A stretch of 63,943 bases of DNA, filler included, from an uncultured bacterium (GTDB lineage: Bacteria; Latescibacterota; UBA2968), in the NCBI GenBank assembly GCA_964471275.1. It is 8 parts of 8 records of this genome, joined end to end, with 100 filler letters (N's around TTAATTAATTAA, not from the genome) between each part and the next. Parts side by side here need not be neighbours in the genome. Positions count along the whole stretch, not along the records: positions 34,582 to 43,028 come from CAYYGZ010000207.1; positions 43,129 to 51,436 come from CAYYGZ010000208.1; positions 51,537 to 59,821 come from CAYYGZ010000209.1; 5 more parts are not named here. One strand, written 5' to 3'. Positions 41,587 through 52,656 of this stretch are shown here, piece after piece (within the stretch, counting starts at the first letter, position 1; the number at the start of each line of letters is the position of its first letter). The notes under the pieces were generated by a model. That model was not told the origin of the DNA. It made no database searches and saw only the letters and a program-made list of their open reading frames with translations. A program made the position numbers and the translations under genes.

Positions 41587-42368
41587 TTACACTTTGTAGT
41601 ATGCGCGGTACCAAGTCACGAACGATTTGAGGCCCCTGTCGATTGATGTTCCGGGTCTGAAGCCTGTTTCTCGTTCCAGCGCCGAGATGTTGGCATAGGT
41701 CGCACGAACATCCCCTCGCCTCTCGGGCAGATCGTTCCGTTCTGCCTTCTTTCCGATGATTCCTTCCAGTATCGCTTTCGTGGGGTGTAGATGGCCATGT
41801 CGGGACGTCCCCACGGTCCGTAGACGGTGAAGAATCGGAGGCCCGTGGTGGGCAGCTTGAAGAGTTGACTATACGCGTGAGCCATCATCTCGTTCGACTT
41901 CTTTGTCGCCGCGTAGAGTGAAATGGGATGTTCGGTGTGTTGACCTGCGTCGGAAGGGAGCGTTTCGTTCAATCCGTAGACCGATGACGATGATGCGTAC
42001 ACGAGGTGACGGATGTCGCTGTGTCTGGATGCTTCCAGGATGTTGAGGAACCCGACGATGTTACTCTGAATGTATTTGAGCGGTTGCTCGAGGCTGTAGG
42101 GCACGCCGGCCTGCGCGGCTAGGTTGATGACGTGTGTGAAGGCACTATCGCGGAACGTTCTGTCAACAAATGCTTCCTTGTCGATGTTTCCCTGGATGAA
42201 GGTGAAGCCATCCCGGTCGCTCAACCGGCCGAGCCGGTCTCGTTTCAGCGTCACGGAGTAGTAGTCGTTCAGGCTATCGATGCCGGTTACCGTTGCGCCC
42301 TCGTCCAGGAGTCTTGTCGAGAGGTGGCTCCCGATGAATCCGGCCGCGCCCGTTACGAGCACTCGCAT
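41587..42368 (-). pseudogene. UDP-glucuronate 4-epimerase-like NAD-dependent epimerase, internally deleted
   Basis: VTGAAGFIG, NLAAQAGV, YAATKK, FFTVYGPWGRPDMA, then a jump in another frame to GDVRATYAN...FVTWYRAYY. Confidence 0.85.
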
Positions 42369-42776
42369 CCGATCACTCACTGCGTCTCCGATCCAAATCT
42401 CTTTTTTGCTCGACAATTTTCTGTATCTAATTCTTGCGTGAAGAGAGTAGGCACATTATTATGGTTGAGCAAGCTGAGGCGCCGGTCGTAACCAACGATG
42501 GGCAATTGGATCGCCTACTCCCCCTCCATAAGGCATCTGAGCATTGAAGTCCCCCAGAACCAGAGCATCGTCTCAGTACCGTACCAGGACCTTCCCGGGT
42601 GCAAGAACTTCACCACGCATATCGCAAAGGCGGGATTTGTACCGTCCTGTAGCGCCAGCCGCTGCACGAGAACCCGAGGTAGGTCTTTCGGGATCTGTTG
42701 CGATGCTTGCCCTCAATACACATTTACCTTACCTAACATACTTCGAAGTACTCAAGTCCCATTATCGGGGGGTCGA

Positions 42777-43028
42777 GTGAATACAGTCACAAAAGCAGAT
42801 CTCGTAAAGACGATCGCCGCAGAGTTCGGATATTCAAAGACAGAAGCACGTGCTTCTGTCGACGCATTCTTCGAGGCCTTGACGGAGGCCATCGTCGAAG
42901 GCAACCGGATCGAAGCACGCGGGTTTGGCGCTTTTACGGTGAAGCAGTCCAATGCAAAAGCGGGAGCAAGAAATCCGAAAACGGGTGAGCGTGTTTACGT
43001 TCCTGCACGTCGCAAGGTAGCGTTCAAA
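42777..43028 (+). CDS. HU/IHF family DNA-binding protein (3' truncated)
   Basis: TKADLV, GNRIEARGFGAF, ARNPKTGE, PARRKVAFK. Confidence 0.92.
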
Positions 43029-43128
43029 NNNNNNNNNNNNNNNNNNNNNNNNNNNNNNNNNNNNNNNNNNNNTTAATTAATTAANNNNNNNNNNNNNNNN
43101 NNNNNNNNNNNNNNNNNNNNNNNNNNNN

Positions 43129-43170
43129 TAGACTTTAGTCTCTAGCCTCTGACCTCTCGCCTCTCACACC
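43129..43170. repeat. Imperfect heptamer tandem repeat
   Basis: TAGACTT TAGTCTC TAGCCTC TGACCTC TCGCCTC TCACACC. Confidence 0.65.
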
Positions 43171-44454
43171 CTACACTGGCTTGTCATAGATCTTCTCAAA
43201 AACGGCCTCAGGGCCTTCGCCTGCCCGGTTTGGATCGATGATCGTGATTCCGTCATCGCCAAACCGTGCAGACACCGGTGCGCCCTTTCCTTCGTTCAGA
43301 TACTTGAAATTCAGATCCCGAACGATCCGTGCTGCGTGCACGATCGCGACGGTGATACGGCCGTCTTCTGCCGTCGGATAGATGTTGCTTACGTCATCCA
43401 GGCTCTCACCCATGAACTTGACGCGACACATCGCGACAAGGCTCGCGTGGATGCTGTCGACCCCGTAGCCAATATACGCGTGCGATCCGTCGGGCCTCTT
43501 TATATCACGAGTAAAGTGGTTATTCGATGTCTGGCTCCCACCCCCGTTATACCAGAAACGAAACCCTCGATACTGCTGGTCGGACTCCACCTTGCCGTCT
43601 GCCCCCACAATCTCGTGTTCCTGGTTAACGGGCCCCTCAAAATCATCGGGTGTCACCCAGTTGTTGTGGAAGTAAACCGACATTCCGTTCTCGAAATCGA
43701 CTCGTACCTGCACGGCATCGTAGGCATTGATATTATCACGAACCAAGCGCTTCTTCTGCCCCACGGCGGTCAACGCCGCCGGTTTGCTTCGGTAGTAGTT
43801 GTAGATCAGGTCGACCCAGTGGGGACCAACGTAGCTGAACGGATCGCTCTGCTCGGCCCACTTGAAGGTGCTGGTCGAGACCTCCAGGGGCTCCTCCAGC
43901 ATCGCGAGACCGTAAAGCGGATCACCGATACGCTCGGCAATGTCGTGCTGGATCCTCAGATGATCCGGATCGTAGCGTTTGTGCATATCGACGGCGACAA
44001 CAACGCCCTTTGCCCTGGCTTTCTCGATTATATTGTCCGCCTCACCGATCGAGAGACACATCGGCTTTTCCATCAGTACGTGGACACCGTTTGCAACCGC
44101 ATCCAGTGTCACTTGTGTGTGCAGATTGTCGGGCGTCGCAACCGAAATGACATCCAGATCAGGATGATCACCCATGACCTCACGCCACGGTGTTTCGCCA
44201 TAATAGGGCTTTGGCCGATAGCCCGTCCACTGTTCGAAGTTATCACACGCACGGGTAGCCGAGGCCTCGGACCGCGTAGCGATCGCCACCAGTTCGAATT
44301 CGATCGGGGCCAGGTCCCGTGCCCAGCGATCCAGCCCCACGCGAGCGAGCAGCCCCGAGATACCTGCCTTCTGCAAGTCTGCGTAGGCTCGAGCGTGAAC
44401 GTCACCACCAAACATCCCGGCACCAATCAGTGCGACTTTGATCTTTCCTTCCAT
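43171..44454 (-). CDS. Gfo/Idh/MocA family oxidoreductase
   Basis: VALIGAG, VATPDNLH, HVLMEKP, HKRYDP, HWVD. Confidence 0.9.
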   Translation of the reverse strand: MEGKIKVALIGAGMFGGDVHARAYADLQKAGISGLLARVGLDRWARDLAPIEFELVAIATRSEASATRACDNFEQWTGYRPKPYYGETPWREVMGDHPDLDVISVATPDNLHTQVTLDAVANGVHVLMEKPMCLSIGEADNIIEKARAKGVVVAVDMHKRYDPDHLRIQHDIAERIGDPLYGLAMLEEPLEVSTSTFKWAEQSDPFSYVGPHWVDLIYNYYRSKPAALTAVGQKKRLVRDNINAYDAVQVRVDFENGMSVYFHNNWVTPDDFEGPVNQEHEIVGADGKVESDQQYRGFRFWYNGGGSQTSNNHFTRDIKRPDGSHAYIGYGVDSIHASLVAMCRVKFMGESLDDVSNIYPTAEDGRITVAIVHAARIVRDLNFKYLNEGKGAPVSARFGDDGITIIDPNRAGEGPEAVFEKIYDKPV

Positions 44455-44460
44455 ATCGCC

Positions 44461-44850
44461 CTACTCCTCTTCCCTCTCTGTATTCTGCCCGGGAGGCTTC
44501 TCCCAGTTCTGATGATCCTGTTCAGTAACGAATCTACCCCGGTTGTCCAGATAGCTCTGGGACTCCACCGTCTCTACCCAATTTCCAGCGATATCGATAA
44601 GGCCCCATCGACCTTCCCACTTCACTTTGGCATATCCACCGGAGAAATGGCGTGCCTGCTCGAATCGAACGTCTATAACAACAGCCCCATCCGTGTCGAT
44701 AAACCCCCAGAGCCTCCGATCCCTGACACGCGCCAATCCCTCTGAAAAGCTGCCGACCGCATCATACCGAGCCTGTATCGCGGCACTGCCGTCCACGCGG
44801 CGGAAGCCCCACTTCTCACCATCCCTGTATGCGATGAAATCTTCGCTCAC
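44461..44850 (-). CDS. WG-repeat protein
   Basis: Three KWGF/LWGFID/RWGLID repeats with FSEGLARV and FSGGYAKV. Confidence 0.88.
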   Translation of the reverse strand: MSEDFIAYRDGEKWGFRRVDGSAAIQARYDAVGSFSEGLARVRDRRLWGFIDTDGAVVIDVRFEQARHFSGGYAKVKWEGRWGLIDIAGNWVETVESQSYLDNRGRFVTEQDHQNWEKPPGQNTEREEE

Positions 44851-45467
44851 GCCGCTACCTCATCGGTTCTTGGCTGGCTTGCGAGAATCTCGCGATAGAC
44901 AAACGCGCTGGCGACTGTGATCACGGGATACGCCACTAAGATGCCCACCACCAACGCGAGCAGCCCGGCGATTACCAAACCGATGATCGAAGCAAAGAGG
45001 AGGATCAGTTTCCCCCGAGTGCCCCTGGTGATCCGCGAGCTCTGCTTCAACGCCTCTATCGGCCCCAAGTCGTGCTCAACCATAAGGAAGGGCCATTGGC
45101 TGAATTGTGCTCCCCAGATGAGGCCGGGCGCAATCAGCAGCATCAGCCCAACCAGGATCAGAAAGCCGTGCAGCAGGCTGGCGATGAGATACTTAAAAAC
45201 AAGATGTGAACAGGCGAACAGATCGCCAAAGCTTGCGGGTTTTCCGTCCACAAGGTTCAGCCCGATCCGAACGAGTCCGAGGGCGACTACGAACGAGAGT
45301 AACATACTCACGATCACTGTCAGTGCGAACAGGCCAGGTGAGTCTGTAAACAGCATCTGCGGAACAACCTGGATCAGCAGAGCAGCGATGTGCACGCCAA
45401 CCAGCAGACCTGTATTCTCCTTGAAAATTCGCCACCCTTGGGCAATTGCTTCGCCTATGGAAAACAT
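44847..45467 (-). CDS. Integral membrane protein (DUF975-like)
   Basis: FSIGEAI..GW, LLIAPG, IEALKQSSRITRG; several TM helices. Confidence 0.75.
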   Translation of the reverse strand: MFSIGEAIAQGWRIFKENTGLLVGVHIAALLIQVVPQMLFTDSPGLFALTVIVSMLLSFVVALGLVRIGLNLVDGKPASFGDLFACSHLVFKYLIASLLHGFLILVGLMLLIAPGLIWGAQFSQWPFLMVEHDLGPIEALKQSSRITRGTRGKLILLFASIIGLVIAGLLALVVGILVAYPVITVASAFVYREILASQPRTDEVAA

Positions 45468-45580
45468 CAGTCGCTCCCTTTGCGCTAATGATAAGCAATG
45501 CCGTGAAGATCGAAAGACGCAAAAGAAACGCCCCCGGGCCGGAGTCCGAAGGCGCAATTGCTGATTCGCAGGTGACGCTG

Positions 45581-46429
45581 CTACTTCGTCACCTTACGCC
45601 AGATCCTTCGGAGTTCGTCTTTCTCGCGGATCGCATCCAGCCAGATATCAGGAAAACACGCCAGCGCGTAGCCGGAGCCCTGTGGACCCAGTTCCGGAAC
45701 AGCATACAGCGTTCGACTCCCGGCACCCTTTACCCAGGCAGCCAGCGACGGCCCCAGATAGTCGTCTCTCCAAACCACAAAATCGCGATCGAGCTTTCCT
45801 TTGCCATCTGTGACGGGTGTCTGGCAGTGGCTTCCCGTAAACGGGCGGAAGTGGATAAGCTCACTCATCTTCCAGATATCCAGCCGCTTGGACAGTCGCT
45901 TCCAGTAAGTACCAGGCCGCATCTGCTTGATAATGGCAGGATGCGAGTGGTCGAAATTCATCCGCAACTTCTTCTTGTACTTCTTCTCGTAGGCCGCCGC
46001 CAATGCAAATGCCTTCTCCGGAGTCTCTGTACAAGTATCCCGATGCACTTCGATGGCTGGCTTGATGCCGATGCTGTCCCCTGCCTGAATCACGGCACGC
46101 GCAACAGGCAGCGCATCTCTCGTCAGCGTATCGTGATCACAGAGCTGGACGTTCACGTGAATGGCGCCCGCATCCTTGAAAGCTTGCATCTTGGGGAGTG
46201 CAGCCTTGATCGATCCGACGTCGACACCGCCAACGAGTTCCAGGTCGTGCTTTGCAAGCGCTTCACCCAGACGAGGGTCAGAGCCGGAACTCATGCCGTC
46301 AAATCCTGCCTCCTTGACCTTCTTGACCTTCGTGTCGATTGCCCAAGGCCGCTTTTCTGTCGGGTATCCCCGCAACGACCAATCCGCAGCCATGACCTTC
46401 AGTGTCGGCTTCACCTTCTTCTTCGCCAT
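45581..46429 (-). CDS. Sugar-phosphate isomerase/xylose-isomerase-like TIM barrel
   Basis: EAGFDG, EVHRDTCTETPE, FDHSH, VPELGP..GY. Confidence 0.8.
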   Translation of the reverse strand: MAKKKVKPTLKVMAADWSLRGYPTEKRPWAIDTKVKKVKEAGFDGMSSGSDPRLGEALAKHDLELVGGVDVGSIKAALPKMQAFKDAGAIHVNVQLCDHDTLTRDALPVARAVIQAGDSIGIKPAIEVHRDTCTETPEKAFALAAAYEKKYKKKLRMNFDHSHPAIIKQMRPGTYWKRLSKRLDIWKMSELIHFRPFTGSHCQTPVTDGKGKLDRDFVVWRDDYLGPSLAAWVKGAGSRTLYAVPELGPQGSGYALACFPDIWLDAIREKDELRRIWRKVTK

Positions 46430-46502
46430 CTCGCCTCCCGATTTGTGCGTTAGTTGCCCCCGCTCCCTTCCCAACCTGCTCCTGCTCGTAAAACGTCTCT
46501 AT

Positions 46503-47960
46503 CTACATGGGTCCGACCCGCTCAGATCCCTTGTCTATTGCGGCCATCGTTGCATCGAAACTCCTGTGCATCAGCTCGAGTTTCAGGGCCTGATGGTCGG
46601 GATCATCCCAGAGATTGTCAAATTCGTCTGGATCGGTTCGGAGATCGTAGAGCTCTCCAAGTCCGTGACCGTGGTAGACCACGAGCTTGTGGCTCCCATC
46701 GCGGTACATCGTCGCAAGCGTAGCATCCGGCAGATCGAGTGCATCGTAATACTCACATCTCACAAAATCCCGATGCGGCGTGTCCGTGCTCCCCGTCGCA
46801 GTCGGCAGGAGCGACCGACCGTGGAAATAACTCGGGATCTCCAGCCCCGCCGCTTCAACGATCGTGGCCGTCACGTCGTGCAGTTCGGTCAGGCTTCCAC
46901 TCACCGCACCCGTCTTGATCTTTCCAGGCCACGAAAGAATCAGCGGTACACGAACAAGCCCTTCGTAGAACCGACATCCCTTCTGTATCAGGCCGTGATC
47001 GCCGAGCGTCTCCCCGTGGTCGCTCATGAAGATGACCAGCGTGTTCTCGAGCTGCCCGTTCTCCTCGAGCGCGGCCATCATCCTACCGACCTGATCGTCA
47101 ACCAACTTGATCATCGCGTAGTAAGCGGCCTGCAAAGTCCTGTGGTCTCGACCCCCGGGACCATCGAGTTCGATCAGGCCGCGTGTCTGGGTATGCGGAA
47201 CGATCGGACTCTTGATATCCAGATGCTCCGGACAGCGTCCCTTCGACTGGAAATCGACCGCCTCGAGTTTGCTCTGCTGGACCAGATCACTTTCTCTGTA
47301 CAGAGCGCCCGGCATATCCGCTTCATCGAACTGGTCACGATAGGTCTGAGGCGGATTGAACGGTGGATGCGGATCGTAGATATTGACACTCACCAACCAC
47401 GACTCCGTGCTATCCCTCTCCGTCTTGATGAACTCGATCGTCTTCTCGGCACACCACGTCGTCTGATGCAGTTCGGCCGGTACACCGCCGGAGCTCTTGG
47501 TCAGTTCACCCAGGATCTTGCCCTTGGATCGCACCCAATCGGCATAATCGTGACCGGTCTCCCAATCATCCCGCGGCGCGTGGCTGTATTGCCAGTAGCG
47601 ATACCCATCGTCGACTCGCGCTTCCACACGTCCAAAGGCGCTCGACAAATGAAGCTTCCCCACCAAGCCACAATCGTAGCCGGCATCGGCTAGGATTTTC
47701 GTCACCAGCGGCGGGCTGTCCGGAAAGACCGCGTTCCCATTGCCGTTCACGTGAACAGCACTCGGATACCTGCCTGTCAGGAAACTGGCACGGCTTGGGG
47801 TACAGATCGGACTCTGGCAGTATGCGTGCGTAAAGGCAGTGCCGCTTGCGACCAGATTGTCGATGTTGGGGGTCGAGACGTGCGGGTTGTTGAGGGCCCC
47901 GATCGTGTCATAGCGTTGTTGATCCGTGCAGATCCAGAGAATATTGGGACGATCAGGCAA
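46503..47960 (-). CDS. Sulfatase (Cys-type, formylglycine-dependent)
   Basis: RPNILWICTDQQR, CTPSRASFLTG, GKLH, DPHPP, SDHGE. Confidence 0.93.
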   Translation of the reverse strand: MPDRPNILWICTDQQRYDTIGALNNPHVSTPNIDNLVASGTAFTHAYCQSPICTPSRASFLTGRYPSAVHVNGNGNAVFPDSPPLVTKILADAGYDCGLVGKLHLSSAFGRVEARVDDGYRYWQYSHAPRDDWETGHDYADWVRSKGKILGELTKSSGGVPAELHQTTWCAEKTIEFIKTERDSTESWLVSVNIYDPHPPFNPPQTYRDQFDEADMPGALYRESDLVQQSKLEAVDFQSKGRCPEHLDIKSPIVPHTQTRGLIELDGPGGRDHRTLQAAYYAMIKLVDDQVGRMMAALEENGQLENTLVIFMSDHGETLGDHGLIQKGCRFYEGLVRVPLILSWPGKIKTGAVSGSLTELHDVTATIVEAAGLEIPSYFHGRSLLPTATGSTDTPHRDFVRCEYYDALDLPDATLATMYRDGSHKLVVYHGHGLGELYDLRTDPDEFDNLWDDPDHQALKLELMHRSFDATMAAIDKGSERVGPM

Positions 47961-47974
47961 GGGTTCCTCCTGCG

Positions 47975-48910
47975 TCAGGTAAGAGGCCGTAAGGGCAGGC
48001 TCAGTTCTTCAGCCAGCTTGAGAATTCGATCATTCAGCTGCTTTGCGTGCGAAACAGTCGGTACATCGGGTGTCGCCGTGATCGCACGAACGTGTGCATT
48101 GCGGATGATGTCCCGCGACGCGAGCAGTTGCTTCTCTACAAAGAGATACAGCTCGAGATTCTGGAGCGAGAAGGAGATCTGTGGCAACAGCCTCTCGAAG
48201 ATATCCAGACATCGGTCCATATCGCCGTCCTCTCCCGCAGACCACATCTCATGCATCAGGTCAGCGTGTCCAATCCCGGGCATAACGCCGTCGATCCCCG
48301 ATTCGAGCAGTTCCGGCAGATACATCCCCCCCCAGCCCTCGAACACACGAAGGCCATCTCCACACCTGGCCTTTATGGATCGAAGCTTCGGACCCAGAAG
48401 TGGCTCCTCGAGCTTGATGTATTGAAAATTCGGGCATCGATCCTTCAAGTGCGCACAGAAATCAGCACCAACGGTTGCGCCACTGGGATTGAAGTCCTGA
48501 ACGAGAATCGGCAGGTCGACGGCGGCGCAGACCTCGGCAGCAAAATCGATGAGATCGGATTCGGGAATCGCGAATCGACGGGGCAGTGCGAAACTGATGT
48601 GATCTGCACCTGCCAACTTGAGGGTGTGCGCAAGCTCGGCCGCGTGCCGGGAAGCGTCGTGGTTTGCCTGACCGAACACAGGGATGCGACCGGCCGAAGC
48701 ATCGGCCGCCGTCTTCACACAGGCGATTCGCTCATCGTCCGTCAGCTTGTAGAATTCGGTACCGTACGCAGGCAGACACACACCGGCGATCCCGAACGCG
48801 ACGGCGGCCTCCACCTGGCGAGCGATGTCGTCCAGACACAGTGTGCCCTCGACATCGAACGGCGCCGACAGGACCGACAGGACTCCCCGGACGATTCCAG
48901 GCTCAGACAC
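47975..48910 (-). CDS. Dihydrodipicolinate synthase-family (class I aldolase) protein
   Basis: GTEFYKLTDDER, ILVQD, YIKLE Schiff-base Lys, GIDGVMPG. Confidence 0.87.
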   Translation of the reverse strand: MSEPGIVRGVLSVLSAPFDVEGTLCLDDIARQVEAAVAFGIAGVCLPAYGTEFYKLTDDERIACVKTAADASAGRIPVFGQANHDASRHAAELAHTLKLAGADHISFALPRRFAIPESDLIDFAAEVCAAVDLPILVQDFNPSGATVGADFCAHLKDRCPNFQYIKLEEPLLGPKLRSIKARCGDGLRVFEGWGGMYLPELLESGIDGVMPGIGHADLMHEMWSAGEDGDMDRCLDIFERLLPQISFSLQNLELYLFVEKQLLASRDIIRNAHVRAITATPDVPTVSHAKQLNDRILKLAEELSLPLRPLT

Positions 48911-49775
48911 GCGCTTCACGACCTTTCTCAACTCGCTTCGGACGGCTGACAATCGCCAAACCCTCCTGAAGCCAGGAGCGAAGAGCTGTGTGATCTTCGA
49001 CGGCCCTGCGCGCAACGGATCCCGCCGCTGCCGTCAGGTCCAGATCCTCCACAAGGGCCTCTTCCGTGAAGTAACCAGCTTCCTGAATCACATTCCCATC
49101 AGGATCGATGAACTTTGACTCTCCGTGCGAGGACCCGAAACGGTTGATATCCTTGGGGTCGGCAGGCGCATTCGCCATAACCAGGTAGATCCCGTTCTCG
49201 GTTGCCCGAGCGATCGGCATCGACCGATACGCGGAGAGCTTGTATTCCACCGTGATTGGGGACTCACAGCTGCAGAAGAAGCACACCTGGGCACCAGCCG
49301 CCGCCGGGAGTCTCACCAATTCCGGATACCTGACGTCATGACAGATCAAAAAACAGCAATCGACACCGCAGAGCCGGTAGATGGGCAGATGCTGTGAAGG
49401 CTTACACCACTTCTCGCCGGCGAGATGAATCTTCCCGTATCGTCCTGCGACCGCCCCATCCCGATCGACGATCAGAAGACTGTTGTAGCGTGTTCCCTCC
49501 TCTGCGTGCATGGAACCCACGACTGCCGCAATGCCGTTCCGCTTGCACGCCCGGACGATCCGTTTCTCTGCCTTCTCGACGCGAACAGGATCAAGCCGCT
49601 TCCAGAACCCGGGTCGACAGGAATACCCAAAAATTACCCCCTCGTGAAAAGCGGCAACCTCCACACCCTCCTTGGCAAGCTGCTTCAGATACGCGACAAT
49701 CTTGCCCGCGTTCGCCTCGATATCCTCGTCCGCGTGCATCTGCACAGCGGCGACCCTCAACACTTTCTTCACCAT
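48903..49775 (-). CDS. Carbon-nitrogen hydrolase (nitrilase family)
   Basis: VAAVQM, FHE, YGKIHL, ICHDVRYPEL, RATENG catalytic E-K-C triad. Confidence 0.9.
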   Translation of the reverse strand: MVKKVLRVAAVQMHADEDIEANAGKIVAYLKQLAKEGVEVAAFHEGVIFGYSCRPGFWKRLDPVRVEKAEKRIVRACKRNGIAAVVGSMHAEEGTRYNSLLIVDRDGAVAGRYGKIHLAGEKWCKPSQHLPIYRLCGVDCCFLICHDVRYPELVRLPAAAGAQVCFFCSCESPITVEYKLSAYRSMPIARATENGIYLVMANAPADPKDINRFGSSHGESKFIDPDGNVIQEAGYFTEEALVEDLDLTAAAGSVARRAVEDHTALRSWLQEGLAIVSRPKRVEKGREARV

Positions 49776-49834
49776 CCTTACCCCCCCACCATCTCAGAGT
49801 CTGTCCTCTCGCACTAAGCACTTTCTCAAGAATC

Positions 49835-51232
49835 TCATATCTCCACCACCTGCCCCTGTTTCGGGATAAGCACATCCTCATACCCCTTCGCTAGCAGCCT
49901 CTCACGAAACGGCTCAGACTGCTTGGTCTCACCGTGAACCAGAAAGGTGTGCTTCAGCTGCTCAGATGGTGGGTAACTGACATAGTGCATCAACTCGTCC
50001 CGATCCGCGTGCCCGCTGAAGGCGTCCATCGTGTGAACCTTGCAGCGCACGGGGAAGGGCTCGCCGAAGATCTTCACTTCGTGGTTTCCATCCATGATCC
50101 GGCGCGCCAGGGCATTCTCGGCCGCATACCTTACAAAAAGCAGTACAGTCTTCCTATCCTGGATGTTATTTCGCAGATGATGGAGGATCCGACCACCCTC
50201 CGCCATCCCAAATGCGGAGATAATGATGTGCGGGCAGGTCAGTTCGTTCAACTACTTCGACTCGTTCATATCTTTCACATACTTCAGCCTGCCAAAGCCA
50301 AGCGGATCCTCGTGGTTGCTGACAAACTGTCGCGAGGTCTCTTCGTCGAAGCACTCCGGGTGCTCACAAAAAACTTCGGTTGCGGCAACGGCGAGCGGAC
50401 TGTCAACGAAGATCGGCATATCGGGAATGCGATCTTGATCGAACAGCTTGTGCAGAACGTATACAAGGACCTGCGTACGCCCGACCGCGAAGGCGGGAAT
50501 GATCACCTTTCCGCCTGACTTTACCACGCGATTGATGATATCGACCAACTCATCCTCGGAATCTTCACGCAGTCCGTGGAGGCGGTCAACGTAGGTGCTT
50601 TCGATGATCAGCGCATCAATGTTACGGACAACATTGGGGTCGCGCAGAACGGGCACCTTCGTGCGGCCGATATCACCGAAAAACCCCAGCCTGAGCGTAC
50701 GGTCACCTTCCCTGATGTTTAGCAGGATTCCGGCTGATCCGGGCATGTGGCCGACATCCCTGAAAGTGGCCGTAACGCCGGGGCAAACATCGAAGCTTTG
50801 GTCGTAATCCTACCCCCTGAATTGCGTCACCGACTTGTCGACATCAGCCATACCGTATAGGGGTTCGACAGGTGGCTGGTCATGTCGAGCCCGTATCTTG
50901 TTCGCCCAATGGATGTCACGTTCCTGCAGATGAGCAGAATCGCGCAGCATGATCCTGCAAAGATCACCAGAAGCGTGGGTGCTGTAGACCGGACCGTCAA
51001 ATCCGCGTCTGACGAAAGAAGGGATATTGCCGTTGTGATCGATGTGGGCGTGTGACAACAACATCGCGTCGATCGTCGACGGATCGACGCAGAAGTGGTG
51101 GTTGCGCTCGAACGCCCCCTGCCGTCTCCCCTGAAAGAGCCCGCATTCCAGGAGTACCCGGCTACCGTTCACGGTCGGAAGATGCTGCGATCCGGTGACC
51201 GTCCTCGCCCCACCACAGAATTCGATTCTCAT
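49835..51232 (-). pseudogene. MBL-fold/beta-CASP RNase (YSH1-like) pseudogene
   Basis: One reading frame broken by TAG at 50810-12 and 50252-54; HAHIDH, PAFAVGRTQ, FSGHAD and LVHGE present, but other conserved motifs substituted (DVGHMPGS, STYVD, FVRY). Confidence 0.88.
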
Positions 51233-51241
51233 CGAGCGCCC

Positions 51242-51436
51242 CTATCCCAGAACATCGCAAAGCCAGTCCAGCTTCCGATGCTGGTGTAGATTGTGTCCGC
51301 CTTCGTGTTTGTTATACGGGTAGACCTCGATTGATTTCTCGACTTCGCCAGGCAGGCGATTATACGACGCGTATACCGTGGATGGTGGGCAGATATCATC
51401 CCAAAGCCCTACGGAATAGTAGGCGTGTGTCACCTT
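51242..51436 (-). CDS. Acetylxylan esterase (CE7/AXE1) C-terminal fragment
   Basis: SVGLWDDICPPSTVYASYN...YPYNKHEGG. Confidence 0.8.
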   Translation of the reverse strand, partial: KVTHAYYSVGLWDDICPPSTVYASYNRLPGEVEKSIEVYPYNKHEGGHNLHQHRKLDWLCDVLG

Positions 51437-51537
51437 NNNNNNNNNNNNNNNNNNNNNNNNNNNNNNNNNNNNNNNNNNNNTTAATTAATTAANNNNNNNN
51501 NNNNNNNNNNNNNNNNNNNNNNNNNNNNNNNNNNNNC

Positions 51538-52626
51538 CGGGACGGGGAACGCATCGTTCACGATCAGTTCGCGGACAAGGAGCTGCGGTATCGACGTCGC
51601 TACCTTGATCTGGCACTGAACCCGGATGTATGCGACGTTTTCAAAAAGCGATCGGCGATCGTATCGGCGATCAGGCGCTTTCTGGACGAGCGCGGCTTTC
51701 TCGAGGTCGAAACACCTGTTTTGCAGCCTGTCTATGGCGGCGCATCGGCCCGACCGTTCACGACTCACCACAACACGCTCGATATGGAGCTCTTTCTTCG
51801 GATCTCGGATGAGCTCTACCTCAAGCGCCTGATCTGTGGCGGACTGGATCGGGTCTACGAGATCTCCAAGGTCTTCAGGAACGAGGGGATCGACAGTACC
51901 CACAACCCTGAGTTCACGCTGATGGAACTCTACCAGGCCTACGCGGACTATGGCGACATGATGGAGACCGCGGAGAACCTGGTTTCACAGGTTGCCGAGA
52001 CGGTCACCGGGTCCACAAAGATCACCTATCAGGGGCAGAGCATAGATCTGGCACCCCCGTGGGATCGGATCTCGATGCTCGACGCCATCGGAGAGAAGGT
52101 GGATCTGGATGTGCGATCGGCGGATGATCAGGATCTGAGGACGCTGTGTGATCGGCTGGGCGTGGACGTTGATACCGATGCGAATCGGAGCGCGCTGATC
52201 GATGACATTTTCGATGCCCTGGTGGCCCCACAGCTGATACAGCCGACTTTTGTGACGGATTACCCGGTGGAGATGTCGCCCCTCGCCAAGCGTCATCGAG
52301 ATCAGGCCGGTCTGACAGAGCGATTTGAGCCGTTTGTGTGCGGCGGCGAGATCGGCAACGCATTTTCCGAGCTGAATGATCCGATCGATCAACGTCAACG
52401 GTTCGAGCAGCAAATGGCCCTCAAGGCCGAGGGGGATGACGAAGCACAGGTAATGGATGAGGACTATGTGCGAGCCCTCGAGCACGGGATGCCTCCGACC
52501 GGTGGCCTCGGAATCGGGATCGACCGGCTTGTCATGCTCTTGACGGATTCCCCATCTATTCGCGACGTGATACTCTTCCCCCACATGCGCCCTGAAGAAG
52601 GATTGGGGCCCCAGGATTCCGAGTAG
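51538..52626 (+). CDS. lysS: Lysine--tRNA ligase class II (5' truncated)
   Basis: [47 protein letters not shown]. Confidence 0.97.
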   Translation, partial: RDGERIVHDQFADKELRYRRRYLDLALNPDVCDVFKKRSAIVSAIRRFLDERGFLEVETPVLQPVYGGASARPFTTHHNTLDMELFLRISDELYLKRLICGGLDRVYEISKVFRNEGIDSTHNPEFTLMELYQAYADYGDMMETAENLVSQVAETVTGSTKITYQGQSIDLAPPWDRISMLDAIGEKVDLDVRSADDQDLRTLCDRLGVDVDTDANRSALIDDIFDALVAPQLIQPTFVTDYPVEMSPLAKRHRDQAGLTERFEPFVCGGEIGNAFSELNDPIDQRQRFEQQMALKAEGDDEAQVMDEDYVRALEHGMPPTGGLGIGIDRLVMLLTDSPSIRDVILFPHMRPEEGLGPQDSE

Positions 52627-52656
52627 CACCGCTGTCCACGGACGGATTGCCAACCG

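Noticed and set aside
51538..51720. Possible frameshift at the lysS 5' end (ORF track starts at 51721)
   Set aside because: Manual translation is in frame from the contig edge; the gene is only truncated
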